From a virus: 64,000 nt of DNA. The position numbers and the translations under genes were made by a program. How positions within the stretch are numbered: position 1 is the stretch's first letter; every line of letters starts with the position of its first letter. The notes under the pieces are model-generated. The model saw only the letters and a list, made by a program, of their open reading frames with translations. It did no database searches and was not told the origin of the DNA. Of the stretch, positions 58,301 through 64,000 are shown in pieces. The stretch is taken from IMG/VR virus record IMGVR_UViG_3300006947_000003, positions 1 through 64,000 of that record. One strand, given 5' to 3'.

Positions 58301-58859
58301 ATTCTTGTGTCTTTATAGCACCTGTTGTTTTTTCTAATGCTGGTTTACCGATACGTTGTGCTGAACTCAGCGCCGCATTTATAATTGTATTAAATTGTTC
58401 CTCGTAATCAGTATTAACAGAGTCGTCCCAGTATATAGTTCGTCCACTTAAATTGTTATTAGTAGAATCGTATACTTGCTCTGTTGTGCTAATGCCTGTA
58501 ATTTTTAGCAAACCTACTGCTGTTGTATTTCTTTTAGGTTTGTATGACAACAACGTAGCAAGGCGTAATACTGAATCTTGTCGTTGTGCTGTTTCTAAAA
58601 AGTTTTCCCTGGCGTTTAAATCTTGCCTATATGCTAAACTCTGGCCAAAGAATGCAATTAAATCAATAAGGGCAATGTATTCCGAGCTTTCAACAAAATC
58701 ATTGAAATCCTCAGGATATTGTTTCCTAAGGTACGATATCATCGTAGTTCTTAATGTTTCAAAATCATAACTCTGGAAGTCAGCACTTTTAAAAGTTTGA
58801 TAAACTTTTTTCCAATCCTCACTTACAAATAAATTTGTTTGTCTTGTACTAGTAGCCAT
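55332..58859 (-). CDS. gp6: Baseplate wedge subunit, T4 gp6-like
   Basis: DFETLR..L..FNDF.ESS..LIDLIA..DLNARENFLETA..SVLRLA..LSYKPKR; FADGVF..IP; ESLSSIK..AP..QNRMI..EDY. Confidence 0.88.
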   Translation of the reverse strand: MATSTRQTNLFVSEDWKKVYQTFKSADFQSYDFETLRTTMISYLRKQYPEDFNDFVESSEYIALIDLIAFFGQSLAYRQDLNARENFLETAQRQDSVLRLATLLSYKPKRNTTAVGLLKITGISTTEQVYDSTNNNLSGRTIYWDDSVNTDYEEQFNTIINAALSSAQRIGKPALEKTTGAIKTQEYELNLLAGTQPYLPFTSSVNGADTKFELVNGTISGQDYVYEKSPIPGSTYNFLYRTDGKGNSSANTGFFTMFKQGTLGQADFNLTSGLPNITFNIDKSNINNTDVWLYEVDDKGNVGEQWTNVPAVAGSNVIYNSLSSSNRKLFAVESQADDKIKLIFADGVFADIPKGRFKCYYRQSAGTSYAIKSTDILNVGVSFNYISRTNQQETLTLSLDLQQNINTASRKESLSSIKQLAPQAYYTQNRMINGEDYNIFPLTQFTSIIKSKAVNRAASGISRFLDVKDTTGKFSSTNIFSDDGIFYKEYTTKKNLFSFTNDNEIINVIKNTLEKNLGGNEMYHFYLDKFTPQVFTNTITWVKVSSTTNTTTGYFKDSAGNVLQIGASVSDLNQYLTLNSMIKFIPEAGKHFMANGTHMAGTTTDHLGATKQTWSSIKLVDSNGLGSLGNGLKSAGVGAVTLNELVPTGATVEQVFPKWVSDLPSALETTIKTNIKEYKDFGIRFNHTTSTWSIITSDNLAVDKTYSDSNAGSTLSTKNDASWLVQFITDGVQYTMKSRQLDYYFASKDETRFYFDKGVKIYDSVTGSTITDRCTVLKVNNNPSNNNPLEEDYALDIINMVTESDGFKDNTKVKVTLGDADSDSVTDNPDMFKNIVGTDDTTGLAKDRKLVFFKQFYDYDNIERYQALDSSAVCHDYKTMREAENNMALFPTGKIFYATTDDKFAASFLNNNNTLQMSVNASPGSQFTAGTSATASAYKVYIGRNNLKFQYKHNAPNNRRIDPSPSNLIDMYILTQSYADLYREWIIDSTTSVTKPNEPTAEELRTSFNSIEDSKSISDTIIYHSAKFKPLFGPNADTSLQASFKVVKNPNIGISDSEIKASVIEAINTYFHVSNWDFGDTFYFSELGAYLHNSLATKISSVVIVPKSTSQVFGSLFQIRSNHDEVLINGATVDDVEIIDSITATKIQAGGSIASLQTTTNTTASAVTTSGSSSY

Positions 58860-59256
58860 TTGCTGTTCCTGTGTTTGAAGATCCTAACGAAACACTAGAT
58901 GCTTCTTTGTTAAATGTAAATAACATTTTTTCAACTTGGTTAGTTGGAATATATTTAAGCGTCATTGAAATCTTTATTCCGTGTTCGTGTGTTGTAGGCG
59001 TAATATTTAGCAATGATAACCTAGGATCATTATTTCCTATCGCTGTAATGTTTTCAATTAAGGCATCATACATTTCGTCCGTAAATGGATCGTATAACAT
59101 GTCCCATACTATACAACCAAAGTCAGGTCGCATAATTCTTTCACCTCGACGAACATTTAAATTATTTTGTAAGTCGATTTTAGCCGCTAAATAGTCAGTT
59201 ACGGTCGGTGTAGCAAAATCGCTACCAGTTGTTGAAAAGCCTCTGTATATACTCAT
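58849..59256 (-). CDS. gp25: Baseplate wedge subunit, gp25-like
   Basis: LQNNLNVRRGERIMRPDFGCIVWDMLYDP..DPRL. Confidence 0.88.
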   Translation of the reverse strand: MSIYRGFSTTGSDFATPTVTDYLAAKIDLQNNLNVRRGERIMRPDFGCIVWDMLYDPFTDEMYDALIENITAIGNNDPRLSLLNITPTTHEHGIKISMTLKYIPTNQVEKMLFTFNKEASSVSLGSSNTGTANGY

Positions 59257-59269
59257 ATAAATATTTATC
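59256..59269. promoter_or_regulatory. Overlapping divergent late-promoter boxes
   Basis: TATAAATA on + (59256-59263) and GATAAATA on - (59269-59262), around the palindrome ATAAATATTTAT. Confidence 0.6.
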
Positions 59270-59297
59270 GTAATAGTAAAGTGAGCACTTAATTTTT

Positions 59298-60455
59298 ATG
59301 TTCGATTTTAATAAAATAGATTCTTTTCAGGTAGAAACGTCAACATATTGTAATGTAGCGTGTCCATTGTGCCCTCGGCACTTCATGGGTACTAGTATTG
59401 TTCGCCCTACTTTACGCCAAAGACACATACTTGCTCCTCAATGGAACAAGTTTTTAGCAGATATGGACCATATTGCTACTACAACGCACCCTGTTAATAT
59501 GGTTTTCTGTGGATGTCACGGTGATCCACCTATGACTCCTGACTGGGAAGAAATTATTATTAACACAGCAAATAGAAATTATATCATTGATGTTGAAACA
59601 AATGGTAGTATGCGAACACCAGACAGCTGGGCAAGAGTAGGGAAAGCAATGGGCGAAGCTGAACAGCGCCTAGGACAAGAAAAAATAGTATCATTTAGCA
59701 TAGATGGACTACAAGATACAAACAAATTATATCGTATAGGCATTAAACACGAAAGAACAATAGCAAATGCAAAGGCATTTATAGATGCGGGCGGTAAAGC
59801 AAGGTGGAAGTTTATTGTATTTGAACACAATAAACACCAAGTAGAAGAAGCACAGCAAATAGCAAAGGATATGGGTTTTTGGGAATTTGATAAACATGTT
59901 TCAACAAGAAACTTTGAATACAACCACACAGAAGTTGAAAATAAAAACACCGAGGCAAGAAGAAGTAATGCTGTGGAATTAAATGTACCTCAATCGATAG
60001 AAGTAGAAACAGATATTAAAAAAGCAAAAAGAGGAACAGGTGGTAAAATATCAGACACAAAAAAAGAGTTAAACATTACTGATGAGGGTGCTAAAATTTA
60101 TAGAGAAGTAGTCGAATCGTCTGATATGTCAAAAATTACCTGTGATTTTAAAGAAAGCAAAATGATGTATATTGATAGTGAAATGAATTTGTGGCCCTGT
60201 AATCATATTGCGGCAACAAAGCAAGAAGATATGACACATTATAATAAGTTAGAAAAAGAATACGGTGTAGGATGGAACAATTTAGAACATCATACAGCAG
60301 AAGATATATTTTATCACGAGTATTTTCAAAAGATTTTACCTACTACATGGAAAGATCCAAGTCACAAGTTATGTACTTACGAATGTCAAGAAATGTGTGG
60401 CGGTGGGTTACATAGTAAGGCTTGGGTGGCTAGTACAAATAGAGAAGAATTATAG
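59298..60455 (+). CDS. Radical SAM protein, second subfamily (C-terminal SPASM/twitch-like)
   Basis: ETSTYCNVACPLC; CGCHGDP; FSIDGL; ITC..WPC..CQEMCG. Confidence 0.9.
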   Translation: MFDFNKIDSFQVETSTYCNVACPLCPRHFMGTSIVRPTLRQRHILAPQWNKFLADMDHIATTTHPVNMVFCGCHGDPPMTPDWEEIIINTANRNYIIDVETNGSMRTPDSWARVGKAMGEAEQRLGQEKIVSFSIDGLQDTNKLYRIGIKHERTIANAKAFIDAGGKARWKFIVFEHNKHQVEEAQQIAKDMGFWEFDKHVSTRNFEYNHTEVENKNTEARRSNAVELNVPQSIEVETDIKKAKRGTGGKISDTKKELNITDEGAKIYREVVESSDMSKITCDFKESKMMYIDSEMNLWPCNHIAATKQEDMTHYNKLEKEYGVGWNNLEHHTAEDIFYHEYFQKILPTTWKDPSHKLCTYECQEMCGGGLHSKAWVASTNREEL

Positions 60456-60475
60456 TTGTTGTATTTTTACAACAA
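60456..60475. promoter_or_regulatory. Palindrome TTGTTGTATTTTTACAACAA between convergent genes (operator or bidirectional terminator)
   Basis: Core 18 bp identical to 20849..20866. Confidence 0.55.
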
Positions 60476-62485
60476 TCTCCTATTTAATTTCATCACATCT
60501 CTCATTTCTATATCTACATTTTCAGCATCACGTTCGGGTATTGTAATAGGAACACCGTTTATGAGATAATTGTATTCGTTGATTAACCATGCTATATCTT
60601 TTTTAAATCCTATACATCTATTAGTACACATCATCGAATATACTCTAGCTAGAAATTCATCTTCGCGTTTCACTACAGGCTTATCTTTATAAAGCTTCAA
60701 ACCACTTAAATGTTCTAATAATGGGAAATTTGGGTTGGCCATAAAATTTTGATGTCTAAAATAGTCAGCATCAGACCATTGTCGATTATAAGGACCACCT
60801 AGTGATCTAATTCTATCTTCTTCCATCCATTTCCTACTTCCTGCGGTATGCGTGCCACCGAGGCGATTACAGTACTTTAAGCTGGCATAGATACCGCTGT
60901 GCTGATGTGTTCCTTTTGGCTTACCGTTTACAGAATCAATTGTGCCACCTACACATGTTTGAGGTGTTTGTTGATAATGTATTAAATTCCTAGGCGCTAC
61001 AATAAAATTATCTTGATTCCAAAACGTGTGTAACCTGGCCATTGTTTCTTGTGAAAGCATATTGAAGCCAGGATTCCATACTGAATATCCGCCGGTCATG
61101 CCGGTGAGTACTGAGCCTACGACTCCGTGGACACTACTGCTGGGCGGCGTTGTCACTGTGCCTGGAACATCGCCAGATCCCCATTTTGCTTCTTTAAGGA
61201 AATGAGCTGATTCATGCATTGTTGTAATTAAATGATCCCCAAAATCAGGCGAGGGAGCCGCCATTGAAATAGTCATCGAGTCTTGGGGGCCACGGATGTT
61301 CCTGCTTGAATTGCCTGAGGTAAACCCATACAGAATTGTTTGATTATTCATATCTGCTTTGTTGATTCTTCCAGCAATGTAGTCGTCTACCCAGGTTAAA
61401 TTCCCAGGATCAATCGAAAATTCATAGTCTATAATATAAAATGGAATTTTCTTAACATCAACGCCGCTATTTACTTCAGTTAAGTAAGGAGAAACTGGGC
61501 AATCCCACGAATCGATTGATTGTTTTAATTCTGACAGGTTAATATATTTGTTATCATGTCCATCCTGTAATGCTAATTTTATTGAAGATATGAACTCATT
61601 TTTTAAGTGATCTGATCCTATTCTATAAACCGTAATCTTTCCGCCATCTCGAGCCACATTGGAGTAGTAATGTTGATATACTTTTACAGTAGTATTAACC
61701 GATCCAATTGGCAGGCTAGCTAGCCTTGAAGCCCAAGGAACAAACTTGTCAAAATTTAATTTTGTGTCAACAACAGTAGTGCCTACCATAGCATTCTTGG
61801 TTACTTCAGGACCCATTATAGCAGTTATATCTATCGGAATTGTGTATAGCGATGGTTGAGTGCCACGCCAAGTTAAGTGTTCTATATATTTGTCGCCATC
61901 AAGTACTTCTATTTTAGACCAAAGAGATGTTAATACTTGGTCAACTGTAGTTCCGTCGTCTACCCATGTACATGGTGTACTTGCCCATCCTGTACCAATA
62001 GTCTGGTTGGACATTAGCATATCAATGTTAGGGATAGCTTTTTGTTTTTCCTCTGTGTCGGCGTTGTCAACTAACGCTTTTATTCTAGCTTGTTCTCTAG
62101 TTCTTACTGCTTGAAGCTCGTTTATTTTTATTTCTTCTATTTTGTCTGGCAGAACTGATGCTGGATTATATACAGTATAAACAGTATTATCGTCACCGAT
62201 AAACACATTGTCACTACCACTAGCAGATTTATTAGGTACCCAACTAGAATGGCCACCTGTAGGATCATCTTTTCTATGAACTTCTAAATCGTTTATAAAG
62301 ACATTTGAACTGCCGCCAACCGCAGGGTCGCCACAAGAAGTTGTGTCGCCTATTCTTACAGTATTTTGATCATTTGTTATTACATCAGCTGACCCTGTAG
62401 CATATAGGTTTTGATGAAATGGATTTGGTGTGGGTGATGCATGGCCGACATGTTTATCAACCCCTACCCTAGTTACTGCGGCCAT
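60467..62485 (-). CDS. PAAR-repeat spike-tip protein with long C-terminal extension containing HExxH
   Basis: AAVTRVGVDKHVGH..GSADV..VRIGD.TSCGD...GSSNVFIN..HRKDD.TGGH..GSDNVFIG; later MHESAH and EDEFLAR. Confidence 0.85.
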   Translation of the reverse strand: MAAVTRVGVDKHVGHASPTPNPFHQNLYATGSADVITNDQNTVRIGDTTSCGDPAVGGSSNVFINDLEVHRKDDPTGGHSSWVPNKSASGSDNVFIGDDNTVYTVYNPASVLPDKIEEIKINELQAVRTREQARIKALVDNADTEEKQKAIPNIDMLMSNQTIGTGWASTPCTWVDDGTTVDQVLTSLWSKIEVLDGDKYIEHLTWRGTQPSLYTIPIDITAIMGPEVTKNAMVGTTVVDTKLNFDKFVPWASRLASLPIGSVNTTVKVYQHYYSNVARDGGKITVYRIGSDHLKNEFISSIKLALQDGHDNKYINLSELKQSIDSWDCPVSPYLTEVNSGVDVKKIPFYIIDYEFSIDPGNLTWVDDYIAGRINKADMNNQTILYGFTSGNSSRNIRGPQDSMTISMAAPSPDFGDHLITTMHESAHFLKEAKWGSGDVPGTVTTPPSSSVHGVVGSVLTGMTGGYSVWNPGFNMLSQETMARLHTFWNQDNFIVAPRNLIHYQQTPQTCVGGTIDSVNGKPKGTHQHSGIYASLKYCNRLGGTHTAGSRKWMEEDRIRSLGGPYNRQWSDADYFRHQNFMANPNFPLLEHLSGLKLYKDKPVVKREDEFLARVYSMMCTNRCIGFKKDIAWLINEYNYLINGVPITIPERDAENVDIEMRDVMKLNRRLL

Positions 62486-62487
62486 AC

Positions 62488-63873
62488 CTATTCTCCTGTG
62501 CTACTAGTACCGACTACTAATACGCCGTCTACACCTATTGTAACACTTACTTGACTAGTTAAGCCAGCGGCTGTTTTGTCTTGTGTAAAAGATGCCGGAT
62601 CATAATCTTCATGTTGTCCCCACGGTTCGTGGTTTGGTATTCTTGCTGTTGCTGATCCTGTATGTTCTGGCGGTAGATTGCCGCCAGAGTTCATGTGAAT
62701 TAACGCACCTTTTTGTAAAATGTTTCCTGTTGATCTTATTCCTATAGTCCCAACAGAGTCGATAGATGTAATACCTGTTGTTACTATATCAGTGTCACCA
62801 CTTGCCATCATATTAATATTCTTTGCTTTTACATTAAAGTTTTCATCTGCTGTAATATTATAATCGCCTTTTGTGTGAAGACTAACTGAGTCAGTAGCAA
62901 ATATATCAATTTTGCCTTCTGAAGTTATTTCAACCCAAGATGTACCTTTTGAGTTTGCTATGTATATTAAATCTTTCTTATCGTGTAATAGTATTTGAGC
63001 GCCTTTACCAGAACGTAATCTAATTAAGTTATTGTTGCCATCAATTGTTCCGTCATCCATACTAAACGAATGCCCTGGCTTCCTGTTCAAAATATCTATC
63101 TCACTTAATGTTAATGTGTCTGGGGAGTTTTTATATTTTTCTAATATAGCAGGATTGTCTTCTGGGTCAGGCACTGGTCTTCCTTTGGTCGACATACCTA
63201 ATACACTAGCAGGTGCTTCTCGTTCGATACTAGTTATGGTTGTTCCTCTAGTAGTATCAAATAACAATCCTTGGGTTTTAAGAGTAGTTGCCATCAGTTT
63301 ATCAAATGCCCATTTTACTTTTTGTACTGCTTCTAAACTTGCTTGTTTTATTGATTTTAAGTTTTTCTCTAATACAGGAAAGGTAATACCTGTTTCATAA
63401 AACGTGGCCTTGTCGGCATCACTAAATGATATATTTCCTTTATGTTTAGAACTGCCCCTTCCTATTGTTGTTGTATTTTGGAAAGCAGTTGGAATAAAAG
63501 CAATTATATAACCCTGTGCCCGGTCACCATTAGCAAACACAACTAAACAATTTGTGCCAACATCAGGTGCTGATATAGTTATGCCGTAACTTGAACTGCC
63601 GTCCCAAGTTTCTTTAGATCGTGTATTACTTCCGGTAGTGTACGGTGTATTGCCATAATGCGGCAATGCGATTGTAACATCGAGCCATGTATTTGGATTG
63701 TCAATTGAAGTATTGCTTGTAGCATCTATTAATGCTACAGACACTCTGTTGTTTTTTGTGGGATCACCCACAGCTTTTATTTCAGCAACAAACGGGCCTG
63801 CTTGGTCAGTCGGGCCGTACTGTTTGCCTGTACGAGTTTTATCTGTTTTGTAAACTGGTACTCTATTTTCCAT
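62488..63873 (-). CDS. gp5: Baseplate central spike, gp5/VgrG-like
   Basis: OB-fold DPTKNNRV..PDVGTNCLVVF; GHSFSMDD..LIRLRSGKGAQILLHD; C-terminal beta-helix repeats; immediately before PAAR. Confidence 0.82.
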   Translation of the reverse strand: MENRVPVYKTDKTRTGKQYGPTDQAGPFVAEIKAVGDPTKNNRVSVALIDATSNTSIDNPNTWLDVTIALPHYGNTPYTTGSNTRSKETWDGSSSYGITISAPDVGTNCLVVFANGDRAQGYIIAFIPTAFQNTTTIGRGSSKHKGNISFSDADKATFYETGITFPVLEKNLKSIKQASLEAVQKVKWAFDKLMATTLKTQGLLFDTTRGTTITSIEREAPASVLGMSTKGRPVPDPEDNPAILEKYKNSPDTLTLSEIDILNRKPGHSFSMDDGTIDGNNNLIRLRSGKGAQILLHDKKDLIYIANSKGTSWVEITSEGKIDIFATDSVSLHTKGDYNITADENFNVKAKNINMMASGDTDIVTTGITSIDSVGTIGIRSTGNILQKGALIHMNSGGNLPPEHTGSATARIPNHEPWGQHEDYDPASFTQDKTAAGLTSQVSVTIGVDGVLVVGTSSTGE

Positions 63874-63876
63874 AAT

Positions 63877-64000
63877 TTATCCCACGTTGTTCCAATCTAT
63901 GTCCATTGCCACAGTAACGTCGCCATCAGGAACATTTGTTTTCCAAGCTTCATATCCTGTTGTGCCTGGTTGGATATCTGCATGTATAGTAGATTCGCCT
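63877..64000 (-). CDS. C-terminal fragment of the upstream baseplate-module gene (partial)
   Basis: Open frame ...GESTIHADIQPGTTGYEAWKTNVPDGDVTVAMDIDWNNVG* ending 3 bp before the gp5 ATG. Confidence 0.55.
   Translation of the reverse strand, partial: GESTIHADIQPGTTGYEAWKTNVPDGDVTVAMDIDWNNVG

Noticed and set aside
1233-63400. Numerous 60-160 aa + strand ORFs in the ORF track (and minus-strand ORFs 19636..19911 and 51471..51704)
   Set aside because: They lie antisense or out of frame within well-supported genes, have no motifs or RBS, and are typical shadow ORFs. Only 59298..60455 is a credible + strand gene.
55332-63873. Bacterial T6SS or eCIS locus
   Set aside because: No TssJLM, ClpV or Afp-type ATPase is visible. 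T4-like gp6, denV, late promoter boxes and the overall gene organisation indicate a phage.
1-64000. Stop-codon reassignment, tRNA genes, introns or inteins
   Set aside because: Standard-code ORFs tile the window with TAA, TAG and TGA all used as stops. No intergenic gap shows a cloverleaf, and no split gene or intein motif was noticed.

Overview
This window is part of a large, AT-rich T4-like (myovirus/jumbo) phage genome. It is densely coded and almost entirely on the minus strand. The right part (39.2-64 kb) is a contractile-tail baseplate module: gp5-like spike, a PAAR protein fused to a HExxH domain, gp25, gp6, a 4329-aa wedge/adhesin protein and fibre-like proteins, with T4-type late promoter boxes. 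The left part (1-39.1 kb) is a tightly coupled biosynthetic region. It holds 12 radical-SAM genes (a 13th sits on the + strand inside the baseplate module). It also holds cofactor-support genes (iscU, Nfu, ACP-like, metK, fpr, apt), a RuBisCO-like protein, a carbamoyltransferase, PMM, a nucleotidyltransferase, three SGNH proteins, several glycosyltransferase- and sulfotransferase-like proteins, and denV. Three perfect TTGACA-17-TATAAT promoters partition this region. No tRNA, rRNA, CRISPR array or mobile element was recognised. All function calls come from motif recognition by eye; no database search was run.
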